From an uncultured Pseudomonadota bacterium (GTDB taxonomy: Bacteria > Babelota > Babeliae > Babelales > CAIQNR01), in contig CAZMYL010000002.1 in assembly GCA_964570505.1 (NCBI GenBank), positions 118,608-182,607 of the forward strand: a stretch of DNA of 64,000 nt, given 5' to 3'. Within the stretch, counting starts at the first letter, position 1, and each line of letters starts with the position of its first letter. Under the pieces are notes generated by a model that saw only the letters and a list, made by a program, of their open reading frames with translations, ran no database searches and had not been told where the DNA came from. This document shows, one piece after another, positions 11,401-20,602 of this stretch. The position numbers were made by a program, and so were the translations under genes.

Positions 11401-12026
11401 TTGTCTCTTATTACATACTGCCAATTCTTGTTGGTATGGCATGGGCGGTTCGGGATGTATTTAATGATTTTGTCGCGTATTTTGTTTTGTTGGTTCAACG
11501 GCCAGTTAAAGTTGGAGATTATATAAAAATTTCTGATGAGGTAAAAGGTGTAGTGCGTAAAATTACCCCAAGAACAGTTGTTTTAAGACGCGAGCAAAGT
11601 TACCATTTAATAATTCCAAATTCTAAATTTATGCAAGATGTTATTTTTAACTGGGATTATACACGCAGTTTTATTGCATTTCCTGATATTCATGTTGGAG
11701 TGCGTTATTCGGTGGACCCTGAACATGTTAAAAAAATATTAATGCAAGCTGTTGATAGCGTGCTTAATGTTCTTAAAATACCACCGCCAGTTATTCGCCT
11801 TGATGAGTTTAGCCCATCAGGGTATGTTTTTATGGTGCGTGGGTTTATTAGTTCAGAGATGACTCTTGAGCAATGGAATATTGCAAGTGATGTTCGGCTT
11901 TCTATTGTAAAAGCACTTCATAAGAATAATATAGAATTGGCTTATCCTGTACGTATTGTGCGAACAGTTACCAGTGGAGCAGATCAACAATATTTGCAAC
12001 CAGTTACAGAAGACACTAAACTATAA
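8448..12026 (+). CDS. large mechanosensitive channel, MscK/KefA-like (MscS family)
   Basis: Signal peptide, then a ~500-aa coiled-coil periplasmic region, about 11 TM helices, and a C-terminal MscS core (LVQRPVKVGDYIKI...GVVRKITPRTVVLR). Confidence 0.9.
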   Translation: MNKKILLFTTFCFLSLHADFLDTFGFGTATIDVVLGPQKEEDIRQLKAAIEEHNNQEYKEQESLRVNAERLKAKIDEIEAFVAQNHVTDSFIQQKLIGLQSSYQVIIAIKGIKKDLNETLKQHLSLLESQLNDDLKEASDVEKLVYNFEDLQNLNRKIMSQEDKWSHYCAEKNEIVIDLENSKKRADSAKKVYDQKIYQENELRKKIYTDEHVSQNQIDLLSIETQLADYEYQQFLAKIEERSARLKFLTEAAAIENKKLQKIKKKRDSVIARTLRVDKQDIESAQKKLNEQKHRYLVLTDQYLQKIEYFNAQQEFLKKDLKYLEERYADASSESQNIDEWTNSPTTVQGYLSFVDRGVKKTEITLLDSQIEYQKAEIELEKTKFKEYELNLKIVESWYNIKHQKFGSSDKLLKDITYYQDMTAEFSREKTMYSDKRYAVINRLNLLNRSLSNIKIKLEELLDKTSYMFRRDEQSYRHCVDQLKRAQILLVRQIELIGHLIESYSNIFITLDSYEKQIGSTIVELQKASLWQRSGGAISREGLQNIVPDIYSFFVDVFSLGSSYVDSLSITFVLEKITKNIYSPITLLLFIFKILFCFIVFGLFRRYGLLIADLFLDIAPEFPGVYFFSRLAAVLIQFIHKYQTSVFIWFLCFYYVAIEQYIDMYPSVVFYLFSIPFLLGLIHLFINFVSAFNKQHDYQLFRENFQDRFVFSIGFFLYSSVILLFFREAFIAVTYMKSELPGILLAFYSIIVRILLLSLIRKEDILTVISPKNQFGLWLARIVNDYYYAILGVIITVMVLSDPHIGGYDNLIAYLMWGVTGTIVIVRVLFLLYAFVRRTSSYFFFSFDDESMDERFQHAKTWYGVLVICIFILFFIMGIVLIAWCWGKTIPMHSLSDFFSTQRLSIGFKDGQYQKVSIIDLIRTFLFIPGSFLVGYLVDKFVLHRIYMVLLVDPGVHNAVSTISYYLVVISIITLGLCQEGFGFLVSYYILPILVGMAWAVRDVFNDFVAYFVLLVQRPVKVGDYIKISDEVKGVVRKITPRTVVLRREQSYHLIIPNSKFMQDVIFNWDYTRSFIAFPDIHVGVRYSVDPEHVKKILMQAVDSVLNVLKIPPPVIRLDEFSPSGYVFMVRGFISSEMTLEQWNIASDVRLSIVKALHKNNIELAYPVRIVRTVTSGADQQYLQPVTEDTKL

Positions 12027-12056
12027 ATATAAATATTACTTAGGCGCGTAGCAAAA

Positions 12057-12076
12057 GGGGGAACGTGAGTTCCCCC
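12057..12076 (+). terminator. GC-rich hairpin downstream of the channel gene (possible terminator)
   Basis: GGGGGAAC-GTGA-GTTCCCCC, a perfect 8-bp stem 31 nt after the stop. The T-run (TTGTTTT) is displaced by 4 nt. Confidence 0.45.
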
Positions 12077-12240
12077 GACTTGTTTTATACACATTCTTTA
12101 CGCTTTAAAATTTGTTTTTTATTTTACAGATCGTATCTAATTATATTGTTATTATAACTTGTTACACTGCTCGCGCAGAGCCAAAAGTAATCGCTGCCGC
12201 TAGGGCTTAAAGATTTATTGTTTAAATTTTTAATATTGAA

Positions 12241-12270
12241 ATAAAAAAGGAGCTCTTTCTAGAGCTCCTT
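12241..12270 (-). terminator. rho-independent terminator of typA
   Basis: AAGGAGCTCT-TTCT-AGAGCTCCTT, a perfect 10-bp stem about 30 nt after the typA stop, followed on the minus strand by a T-rich run. Confidence 0.7.
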
Positions 12271-12299
12271 TAAATTTAAGCATTTATGTTAAATGCAGA

Positions 12300-14105
12300 T
12301 TAGTTCTTTTTACGCATATTGGCTTGTAATACTTTTTTACGTAAACGTACATGATTTGGAGTAATTTCAACAAGCTCATCGTTCCCAATCCATTCCATAC
12401 ACATTTCGAGTGTCATGAGGCGTGGAGGGTTAATTTTAGCTGCTTCATCAGTTCCAGAAGAACGCATGTTGCTTAATTTTTTTTCCTTACATGGATTTAC
12501 TTCAAGGTCATTATCACGTGAATGTTCCCCAATAATCATACCTTCATATACATTTTCACGAGCACCAATAAAAAGATCTCCACGAGGCTGTAATGCGTCA
12601 AGAGCATAGGTTGTTGTTACGCCGCGCTCCATAGAAATTAAAGCACCACGTGTACGTCCTGGAATTTCACCTTTGTATGGTTCATAACCATGGAAAGATG
12701 AGTTCATAATACCAGTACCACGAGTATCAGTTAAAAACTGACCACGGAATCCAAGAAGCCCGCGAGAAGGAATAGTAAATTCTATACGAACACGTGTTGA
12801 AAATTCTTCTTGAGTAATATTTTTGATTTCTGCTTTACGCATACCAACGTGTTCAATAATCAGACCTTGATATTTGTCTTCTACGTCGATAAGTACATAT
12901 TCAATAGGCTCGCATTTTTTACCATCAATAGTTTTGTAAATTACTTCAGGAGCAGAAACTTGCATTTCAAAACCTTCGCGACGCATAGTTTCTATTAAAA
13001 TTCCAAGGTGTAATTGACCGCGTCCAGACACTTTAAATGTTTCTGGAGATTCTGTTGGCTCTACACGAAGAGCAACGTTTGTTTTTAGTTCTTTATCTAA
13101 ACGTTCTTTAATATGGCGAGAAGTTAGAAGTTTTCCATCTTGCCCATTAAAAGGTGAATTATTTACAGAAAGATAGATAGATACAGTTGGTTCATCAATT
13201 GCAACATATTCACAAGGAATAGGATTGTTTGGAGAACATAGTGTTGAACCAATTTCGATATTGTCACAACCAGTAACAGCAACAATGTCACCAAAAGAAA
13301 CTTCTTGTTGCTCAATTTTATTAAGCCCTAAAAATGTATAAAGTTTTGTTGCTTTCATAGGGCGACTAACAACATCGTTATAGCAATAAATAAATTGCTC
13401 ACCAACTTTTAAAGTTCCACTCATAACACGGCCAATAGCAATAGTTCCCAAAAAGTCTGAGTGATCAATATTAGTAATTAAGATTTGAAGTCCGTCAGCC
13501 TTTTCTTTTGGAGCAGGAATATCATTAATGATTGCTTGGAACATAGTGTCTAAAGAATCAGTAGGTTTTTTAGGATCGCGTGTTGCAAAACCCATTCTTC
13601 CTGAACCATAAAGAACAGGAAAATCAAGCTGATCATTTCTTTTTGCTAAGTCTAAAAAGAGATCATGAATAAGTTCTTCTGTTTTTTCAATATCCGCATC
13701 TTTACGGTCAATTTTGTTAACAAAAACAATCGGTTTTAAGTTAAGAGCAAGAGCCTTTTGAAGTACAAAACGAGTTCCTGGAAGAACACCTTCTGCAGCA
13801 TCAACAAGTAGTAAGAATCCTTCAACCATTTGAAGTGTTCTTTCAACCTCTCCACCAAAATCAGCGTGGCCTGGAGTATCTACAATATTAATGTGATAGT
13901 CTCCGTAATTAATACCAGTGTTTTTTGCAAGAATAGTAATACCACGTTCTCTTTCAAGATCATTAGAGTCCATAACGCGATCTGTTTGCATCTTTAAATC
14001 AAGCGTTCCAGATTGTTGTAGAAGCTTATCTACCAAGGTTGTTTTTCCATGGTCTACGTGGGCAATAATAGCAATATTACGAATTTGAGAACGTGTCTTA
14101 TTCAT
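12300..14105 (-). CDS. typA: translational GTPase TypA/BipA
   Basis: MNKTRSQIRNIAIIAHVDHGKTTLVD (G1), DTPGHADF (G3), NKIDR (G4). The start is moved to the Met at 14105; the listed upstream extension has no homology signal. Confidence 0.95.
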   Translation of the reverse strand: MNKTRSQIRNIAIIAHVDHGKTTLVDKLLQQSGTLDLKMQTDRVMDSNDLERERGITILAKNTGINYGDYHINIVDTPGHADFGGEVERTLQMVEGFLLLVDAAEGVLPGTRFVLQKALALNLKPIVFVNKIDRKDADIEKTEELIHDLFLDLAKRNDQLDFPVLYGSGRMGFATRDPKKPTDSLDTMFQAIINDIPAPKEKADGLQILITNIDHSDFLGTIAIGRVMSGTLKVGEQFIYCYNDVVSRPMKATKLYTFLGLNKIEQQEVSFGDIVAVTGCDNIEIGSTLCSPNNPIPCEYVAIDEPTVSIYLSVNNSPFNGQDGKLLTSRHIKERLDKELKTNVALRVEPTESPETFKVSGRGQLHLGILIETMRREGFEMQVSAPEVIYKTIDGKKCEPIEYVLIDVEDKYQGLIIEHVGMRKAEIKNITQEEFSTRVRIEFTIPSRGLLGFRGQFLTDTRGTGIMNSSFHGYEPYKGEIPGRTRGALISMERGVTTTYALDALQPRGDLFIGARENVYEGMIIGEHSRDNDLEVNPCKEKKLSNMRSSGTDEAAKINPPRLMTLEMCMEWIGNDELVEITPNHVRLRKKVLQANMRKKN

Positions 14106-14253
14106 TCTTAATCTACCTAACTCATCAGTAATGGATTTTTTTTTGACTAACAGACTGTTTTTAGTATGGATAAAAAATGACAATTCGTCAAAACTATGCG
14201 ATAAATACAGGAATATCCTTTTTTTTGTAATTACTAAATATCAGGAGTTTTCA

Positions 14254-15696
14254 ATGAATCTGAATATATGTGGATTTGGACTCTATTTTATTGTTGTTGG
14301 TATTGTTGCTCTATTTTCTTATATTTCAACAAAAAAAAATAATCATTCGTATAATCAAATAATGCTTGGCAATCGATCTGTTAATTATGTTTTAACGGCT
14401 CTTTCTGCGCATGCAAGTGATATGAGTGATTGGATTTTTATGGCTTTTCCTGCTTATTTATACACAAATGGGCTTATAAGTTTTTGGATAGCAATAGGTC
14501 TTATTGGAGGCATGTGGGTTACCTGGAATTTTATTGCTCCACAGCTTCGCAAGACTACAGAAAAATATGATGCATTAACGCTTTCTGGTTATTTTGAATC
14601 TAGATTTAATGATAATTCAGGATTTTTAAGAATCATTACTGCGCTTATTTGTTTTTTCTTTTTTTCAATTTATATAGCTGCTGGGCTTAAAGGATTTGGT
14701 TACTTAGGAGAATCTTTATTTGAAATTCCTTATATATACGGAATTTTTATAGGGATAACTGCTATGAGTTTTTATATTGGTTTTGGTGGATATAAAGCAC
14801 TTGCGTGGATTGACGCATTTCAGGCGCTTTTTTTACTTTTAGTGATATGTATTGTTCCTTTTATTGCATTTTTTAAAGTGGGTGGTTTGCCTGCTATTAT
14901 AAAAAGTGCCCAGCATCGCGCTATTTCTTTATCATTTTTTCCTACTTCTTATATTGAATTGATTAATGCATTGCTTTTGGCATTGAGTTGGGGAGTTGGT
15001 TACTTTGGAATGCCTCATATTTTAACTAAATTTATGGGTATTTCTGATGTAAAAAAAATTAAAAAAGCTCAATATCTAGGGCTTGCATGGCAAACAGTTG
15101 TTATGGTGGCATCGGGTGCTATTGGTGTTATTGGGATTGCTTATTTTTCTGACCTGCTTGTTAATAAAGAGTTGGTATTTCTTGAAATGGTAAAAGATCT
15201 TTTTTCTCCTTTTATAACAGGCATTATATTATCTGCAGTTGCAGGAGCTACGCTATCAGCAACTGCTGCACAAATATTGGTGGTGGTTTCTGTTATTGTA
15301 GAAGATTTATACCATAAGACATTTCGGATAAATGCGCATAATAAAGAACTTGTGTGGGTTTATAGACTTTCTGTTCTTTTGATAGGTTTTTTGAGCATAG
15401 TAGTAAGTTGTGATAAGTCTACTACTATTCAAGAACTGGTTCAGTATGCATGGATGGGCTTTGGATCTTCTTTTGGGCCGCTTGTTCTTGTTTCTTTGCA
15501 TAGTTCTTATATTAATCGCTATGGAGCAGCTGCTTCTATTGTGACGGGAGGTCTTGTTGCAGCAACATGGCACCTTGTAGGAAAAGCTTATATTTTTAGT
15601 TCTTTAGGTATTGATATTCCTCCTGTTATACCCGGTTTTATTATTGGTACAGGAGTTTTATATGGGGTGTCATTTCTTACATGTAAGTTAGAGTAA
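14254..15696 (+). CDS. sodium:solute symporter family transporter (PutP/PanF-like)
   Basis: About 13 TM helices with an SSS-type layout. ATG at 14254 is preceded by AGGAG at 14243-14247. The listed 14131 start overlaps the typA 5' region. Confidence 0.85.
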   Translation: MNLNICGFGLYFIVVGIVALFSYISTKKNNHSYNQIMLGNRSVNYVLTALSAHASDMSDWIFMAFPAYLYTNGLISFWIAIGLIGGMWVTWNFIAPQLRKTTEKYDALTLSGYFESRFNDNSGFLRIITALICFFFFSIYIAAGLKGFGYLGESLFEIPYIYGIFIGITAMSFYIGFGGYKALAWIDAFQALFLLLVICIVPFIAFFKVGGLPAIIKSAQHRAISLSFFPTSYIELINALLLALSWGVGYFGMPHILTKFMGISDVKKIKKAQYLGLAWQTVVMVASGAIGVIGIAYFSDLLVNKELVFLEMVKDLFSPFITGIILSAVAGATLSATAAQILVVVSVIVEDLYHKTFRINAHNKELVWVYRLSVLLIGFLSIVVSCDKSTTIQELVQYAWMGFGSSFGPLVLVSLHSSYINRYGAAASIVTGGLVAATWHLVGKAYIFSSLGIDIPPVIPGFIIGTGVLYGVSFLTCKLE

Positions 15697-15699
15697 GCG

Positions 15700-17620
15700 T
15701 TATTTTTTTGATGTAACAAGCTTAATTTTCTTTTTAAAATTACCTTGCGCAATGAAGTCGGCCAATGTTTCTATATTTGATGTGTCAACTTCATTTACAA
15801 AAATAGTTGTTGGATCAATATGTATTGTTTTGTTTGCTCCATGAATATAACCAACTAATTTTAATTCTCCATTAAGTTTGAAGTATTTTATCTGATCAAT
15901 TTTTTCAGAAGAATTTTGTAATTTTATAAAATTTCCTTTTTCTGTTTTTATATCAAAAAGAGGGTCAGCTGCTTTAATAGTAAAAGATCCCTTAAAATTA
16001 CCTTTTTCTATAAATGAAGTGAGTGTTTGAGAGTTTCCTTGGCTATCTACCACTATAATATTTTCAGGATCAAAATTATCAACTTCGAGTTCTTTTCCAT
16101 CTAAATAAGTATGCACACCAAATATTTGATTAAGTTTAAAATATTTTATTTGATCAAATTTAGTTTCTGATCCTAGTAATATAAGAGGTATGTTTTTTTC
16201 TGTTTTTATATCAAAGGCAGGTGGAGTTTCTCTTATAGTAAATGAACCATTAAAATTATTTTTCTCTATAAACTCTCGCAATGTTTCAGATGTTCCATTC
16301 GTGTTATTTTTGACAGTTACGTTGTCAGGATCAAAATTTTCAATAGTTATAGGTGATCCATCTTTGTAGGTGTAAGGAGTTTTAACGCCATTAACAACAA
16401 AACCTTTAATTTCATCAAAAAATTTTGATGTTCCTAATATCTTTAAAGAAACAGGGCCTTCTTTTTTAATATCAAAAAGATATGATCCAACTGTTATATA
16501 GTATTTACCGGTATAATTATTACTTTGTATAAATGCATCAAGCGATTGGGTTGTATTATTTTCACTATTTACAACGGTAATATCGGATGAATTAAAATTT
16601 TTTACTGCTATTGAATTATTATTAAGATATGGATATACAGCTCCTTCTCCATTACTTATAACATATTTAATTTCATCAAACATAATTGAGCTACTTAAAG
16701 AGCGGAGTTTTGTATTGTTTTGACTCTTTATACTAAAAATTTCTGGGTTTGATTCTATGGTATAAGGAGAAAAAAAACCTTTATCTTGAAGCAAGCGATC
16801 TATTATTTTTGATGCATTAGCATTGGTTATATCAATATTATTTTGTTCAATTAAACGTTTAAGTTCTTCTAAGAAAACATTAAAAAACTGTTTATTTTTT
16901 TTGGCATCAACAATTAAAATATTTTTTGTTATTGGATTATTTACTTCAACAGGGTTTTCATTTAAGTAGTAACTTGTTGTTAGTTCTATAGTTTGATTAT
17001 TTTTTACATAGTTAATTTTAATTTGGTTAAAATCTTCATCCATTCCAATTATTTTTAAAATATTTTTTTGCATTGAAAATATTTCAAATAAAGCTGGTTT
17101 TACTCCTATAAAGCAAGGATCGGTAAAAACTCCTTCATCAATATATTCAGATATATTTTTTGTAGTGCCGTTTCTTTGATTTATAACAACAATTTCTAAA
17201 AGATCATCAAGTTCAATTGTCACTACTTTTCCATTTAAATAAGCATCAATAGTTGGATTTTCATTGACTTTAAAATATTTAATTTCATTAAAAGGGGTAG
17301 TAGATTTTCCTGTAATAATTGGAAGATTTTTATTTGTTTTAAGCGAAAAAATAGGGGGCGCTGCAGCTATGAAAGATGTGCCATTAAAATCTTCTTTTTC
17401 AAGAAATTCTTTTAGTGTTGTAGTGGTTTTGTTTGTTACCAAAATGTTTTCGTAATCTATGTTATCAACAGTAACAGGCATTCCTGCTTTGTAGGTTGCT
17501 ATTGATAGTAATCCATCATCAGAAAAAATGGTTACTTGGTCAAAAGGGGTAGTTGACCCAAGAAGAGTTATAGAGGCATTATCTTTTGTTTTTATAGTAT
17601 ATAGCTCTTTGTTAAGTGAA
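15700..17620 (-). repeat. seven tandem coding repeats, period about 255-265 bp (one unit carries an insertion)
   Basis: Module starts fall at about aa 416, 500, 587, 704, 791, 878 and 964 of the 1048-aa product. The last three units are the most similar (FDIKTEK...FDQIKYFKLN...DNFDPENI). Confidence 0.8.
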
Positions 17621-18846
17621 AAGTAATAAGGTTCAGCATAGGTATTGTTAGGTTCTAAAGTTGTAAGAGTTTCTTTATTGTTATCTACAGTGATGTTTAT
17701 TGTTTTTGTATTAAAATGTTTTTTTATAAAATCATTAAACGATTCTTTTGCTTGAGTAGAAGAGCTTATAGAGATGTTTGAAGTGCTTAATTTTTCTACA
17801 TTAATTAAAATTGCATTTAAGTATGACTTTATAATAACAGCATCTTTTAATGTGTATAAAATGAGATTGTTGAATGGTGGCGTTTCGGTATTAATAGTCA
17901 CTGGATATTCATCTTCAGTAGTAAGTGAGCATAGATGAGCGGCTTCATAGGCTATTAATGTTTTGAAAGGGGCATCTTTTTTTATAGCGTTAACCATATC
18001 ATCTAAGTTTTTAAAACTTAATGTTGCTGCAAGTTCATTGTTACTTGTATAAAAGTTGATCATTTCTTCTGTGTTTGTTTCATTAATGCTTGTTACTCCT
18101 ATAAAAGCAGATTCGGCATTGTAAAGTTCAATATAATAATTTTGAGGGGCATTTTTTAAAAATATTTTTACTTGCATAGTGGTGGCGGTCCCCTCAGTTG
18201 AAATAACATTTAAAAATGAAGTTAAAGCTTCTATTTTTGAGTTAATAACAAAGCAGTATACAGGAGCTTCAGGGTTATCAGATGGTGTTTTTGTTATATA
18301 TTCTAAAAGATCTTCGTTTTCAGGCTGATCACAGTCAAAAATTGATTTTACATCTTCAATTAATTCTTTAATTGCAGCAGAAGAGTTGTTGATTGTATTA
18401 ATTAAATCATAATCTGCACTTGCAGATGTTGTTTTTAAAAGGTCAAGTAGATTTACTCTATCTCCAATCAGTTCTCGAGCAATTAAACTTTTTATAATTG
18501 GAACATTTCTATTTTTTATTGCTAATTCAAGCGGAGAAATATCATTATCTTGCCCAACTAAAATACCAACACCTCCTGCTGCAATTAATGCATTGGTTAT
18601 CATTAAATTATTATGGTATACGGACCAATAAAGGAGGCTAGAGTCTTTTGAATCAGTTTGGTTGATGGTTTCTGTATTTATTTTGTTTTGAAAAATAAGA
18701 GGAAATATTTCTTTAAAATTTCCAGACTGTGCTTTTTGTTGCACGGATTCAAATGTTGTAGTTGTTACATAAGGATTGGTTGCTACGGCAGCTTTATTTG
18801 TTGTATGAATTAAGCATAAAATAAATAGATTTATAATTTTTTTCAT
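15700..18846 (-). CDS. secreted ankyrin-repeat protein with C-terminal array of ~86-aa repeats
   Basis: Signal peptide MKKIINLFILCLIHTTNKAA. There are two ANK-like units (SLLYWSVYHNNLMITNALIAAGG; ISPLELAIKNRNVPIIKSLIA). Seven tandem modules are marked by F-D/S-I-K-T, FDQIKYFKLN, NFDPENI and FIEKxNFxGSFTI. Confidence 0.85.
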   Translation of the reverse strand: MKKIINLFILCLIHTTNKAAVATNPYVTTTTFESVQQKAQSGNFKEIFPLIFQNKINTETINQTDSKDSSLLYWSVYHNNLMITNALIAAGGVGILVGQDNDISPLELAIKNRNVPIIKSLIARELIGDRVNLLDLLKTTSASADYDLINTINNSSAAIKELIEDVKSIFDCDQPENEDLLEYITKTPSDNPEAPVYCFVINSKIEALTSFLNVISTEGTATTMQVKIFLKNAPQNYYIELYNAESAFIGVTSINETNTEEMINFYTSNNELAATLSFKNLDDMVNAIKKDAPFKTLIAYEAAHLCSLTTEDEYPVTINTETPPFNNLILYTLKDAVIIKSYLNAILINVEKLSTSNISISSSTQAKESFNDFIKKHFNTKTINITVDNNKETLTTLEPNNTYAEPYYFSLNKELYTIKTKDNASITLLGSTTPFDQVTIFSDDGLLSIATYKAGMPVTVDNIDYENILVTNKTTTTLKEFLEKEDFNGTSFIAAAPPIFSLKTNKNLPIITGKSTTPFNEIKYFKVNENPTIDAYLNGKVVTIELDDLLEIVVINQRNGTTKNISEYIDEGVFTDPCFIGVKPALFEIFSMQKNILKIIGMDEDFNQIKINYVKNNQTIELTTSYYLNENPVEVNNPITKNILIVDAKKNKQFFNVFLEELKRLIEQNNIDITNANASKIIDRLLQDKGFFSPYTIESNPEIFSIKSQNNTKLRSLSSSIMFDEIKYVISNGEGAVYPYLNNNSIAVKNFNSSDITVVNSENNTTQSLDAFIQSNNYTGKYYITVGSYLFDIKKEGPVSLKILGTSKFFDEIKGFVVNGVKTPYTYKDGSPITIENFDPDNVTVKNNTNGTSETLREFIEKNNFNGSFTIRETPPAFDIKTEKNIPLILLGSETKFDQIKYFKLNQIFGVHTYLDGKELEVDNFDPENIIVVDSQGNSQTLTSFIEKGNFKGSFTIKAADPLFDIKTEKGNFIKLQNSSEKIDQIKYFKLNGELKLVGYIHGANKTIHIDPTTIFVNEVDTSNIETLADFIAQGNFKKKIKLVTSKK

Positions 18847-18947
18847 AAAATTTTCTTTTTTAATATATAAATTTTTTCCAGATGTGAATCTTATTGAACT
18901 TAGATATAAAAAATCAATAAGAGCTCTTAAATAGATGACTTTTTGAT

Positions 18948-18975
18948 TTGACTTACTTGCTTAGAGAGTTAAGAT
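18948..18975 (+). promoter_or_regulatory. candidate sigma70-type promoter for the skp-like gene
   Basis: TTGACT (18948-18953), a 16-nt spacer, then TAAGAT (18970-18975), about 45 nt upstream of the ATG at 19021. Confidence 0.35.
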
Positions 18976-19020
18976 TCTTATCAATATTTTATTTGTTATA
19001 TTTTCATAGAAAGGATTTGT

Positions 19021-19590
19021 ATGAAAAAAATTATGATAATGTTTTTGTGTGTAGGCATGACATCTTATGTTCAAGCGGAAACGGCTTTAAGTAAATCAGA
19101 TCATAAGGCACATCATGGGCATCAAGATATTGTTGTTGTTAATGTCATGGAGGTATTTCAAGCACTCCTTGAGGTTCAAGATTGGATGAAAGATTTTCAA
19201 AATACTTTAATGAAGAAAGTTGAAGCAATAAAAAAAATGGAACAAGAAGTTGCTCAGCGTGAGCGTGATTTTCCAATGAAAACTAAAAATTTAACAAATG
19301 AAGCACGTGAACGTGAACGTATGGAAATCGAAAGACTTAAACATGAAATTCGTATTCAAGCACAAAGCCTTGAAGCAAAACAGCAAGAAGACCAAATGAT
19401 TATTCAACAAAAAATTGGTGATAAAATTAAGGAATTTTGCAAAACAACAGGATGGAGTATTGTTATTCCAGGTGCAATTTATGCAGATGCATCAGCAGAT
19501 AAAACAGCTATTGTTATTGATGGAATGAATAAAGAGTATACGCAACAAAAAGAAGCAAAAAAAACTGCAAAGCCTGCTTTGAAAAAATAA
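19021..19590 (+). CDS. OmpH/Skp-like periplasmic chaperone
   Basis: Signal peptide ending VQA-E, IVVVNVMEVFQ near the N-terminus, a long coiled-coil arm, and C-terminal IKEFCKTTGWSIVIPGAIYADASADKTAIVIDGMNKE, matching the Skp layout. Confidence 0.7.
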   Translation: MKKIMIMFLCVGMTSYVQAETALSKSDHKAHHGHQDIVVVNVMEVFQALLEVQDWMKDFQNTLMKKVEAIKKMEQEVAQRERDFPMKTKNLTNEARERERMEIERLKHEIRIQAQSLEAKQQEDQMIIQQKIGDKIKEFCKTTGWSIVIPGAIYADASADKTAIVIDGMNKEYTQQKEAKKTAKPALKK

Positions 19591-19613
19591 GTTAATTAGA
19601 TTTCTATAAAAAA

Positions 19614-19650
19614 GAGTTGGCAATCATTGTTTGATTGCCAACTCTTTTTT
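19614..19650 (+). terminator. rho-independent terminator after the skp-like gene
   Basis: GAGTTGGCAATCA-TTGTT-TGATTGCCAACTC, a 13-bp stem flanked by an A-run and TTTTTT. Confidence 0.8.
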
Positions 19651-19668
19651 AATAAAAAGGATAAAACT

Positions 19669-20217
19669 ATGACTGCTATAAAAACAGCATCAATAAAAGC
19701 AATTATTGGGCTTGGAAATCCTGGATCTCAGTATGTTTATACTCGTCATAACATAGGATTTCGAGTGCTTGATACGCTTGCTCAGAAGTATAATGTTCAA
19801 TGGGACCAAAAAGAAAATATGCTTATTTCAGAAATTATTTTTAATGGTCAAAAGATACTATTAATAAAGCCTCAAACATATATGAATAATTCTGGTCGAG
19901 TTATGAATTATTTGCATAAAAAAGGTATAAAAGATGAAAACACAATCGTTGTTCATGATGAACTTGAAAAGCCATTTGGCTCTTTGCTCATAAAGCAAGG
20001 AGGAAGCCATAAAGGTCATAATGGGCTTAAATCTATTATAAGTGTTGCAGGGATTAATTTTTGGAGATTAAAATTTGGCATTGGAAGGCCAGAACATAAA
20101 GAAGAAGTTCCTCATTATGTTCTCCAGAATTTTAAAGAATCTGATCTTCAAGTACAAGCTTTAATAGATAAATCAACTGAGGCGATAGAAAAATTTATTT
20201 TTGAAACAAATCAATAA
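19669..20217 (+). CDS. pth: peptidyl-tRNA hydrolase
   Basis: IIGLGNPGSQYVYTRHNIGF, plus GHNGLKSI. ATG at 19669 follows AAAGGA. The listed 19627 TTG start lies inside the terminator hairpin. Confidence 0.95.
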   Translation: MTAIKTASIKAIIGLGNPGSQYVYTRHNIGFRVLDTLAQKYNVQWDQKENMLISEIIFNGQKILLIKPQTYMNNSGRVMNYLHKKGIKDENTIVVHDELEKPFGSLLIKQGGSHKGHNGLKSIISVAGINFWRLKFGIGRPEHKEEVPHYVLQNFKESDLQVQALIDKSTEAIEKFIFETNQ

Positions 20218-20602
20218 GTTTTTTATGTACTTCTATCGGATGCAATACTATTTCAGATAATTTTTCATAAGCAATCCATTCAAGCATAAATTGATTTTCT
20301 GGTGAATTATATTGAGCTTCTTCACCTCCAAGACTTGGTATTCCTGACCATGAATCAGCTAAAAAATAGTATTCCATTCTTCCTTGGTTATGAAGTTCTA
20401 AAAAAAGATTTCCCACTATTACATCAATCCCAGTTTCTTCTTTAAGCTCACGCACTGCACACTCTTTAGGGCTTTCTGTATCTTCTAAGTGCCCACCTAA
20501 AATGCAATAATAATTTGCATTGTTTTTTATACGATGCATAAGAAGTAATCTAGTGCCGTCAGTAATAATAACTCCAGCACGAGCCCCTAAAGATCGCGTC
20601 AT
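20195..20602 (-). CDS. NUDIX hydrolase
   Basis: Nudix box GGHLEDTESPKECAVRELKEETGI (Gx5Ex7REUxEExGU). ATG at 20602 overlaps the alaS stop (ATGA). Confidence 0.85.
   Translation of the reverse strand: MTRSLGARAGVIITDGTRLLLMHRIKNNANYYCILGGHLEDTESPKECAVRELKEETGIDVIVGNLFLELHNQGRMEYYFLADSWSGIPSLGGEEAQYNSPENQFMLEWIAYEKLSEIVLHPIEVHKKLIDLFQK

Noticed and set aside
12057-12076. GGGGGAAC..GTTCCCCC hairpin as a tRNA T-arm or tRNA fragment
   Set aside because: There is no TTCNANT-type T-loop on either strand, and no acceptor or anticodon arms in the flanks. It is retained only as a possible terminator hairpin.
14106-14253. Long N-terminal extensions offered by the ORF track for typA (to 14183) and the symporter (from 14131), which would overlap each other. 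Similar extensions are offered for atpC, pth, the NUDIX gene, alaS, murI, leuS, wecB and the 41146 ORF.
   Set aside because: Family-typical N-termini begin at internal Met codons with better RBS context. The extensions have no homology-like features and would create implausible divergent overlaps.
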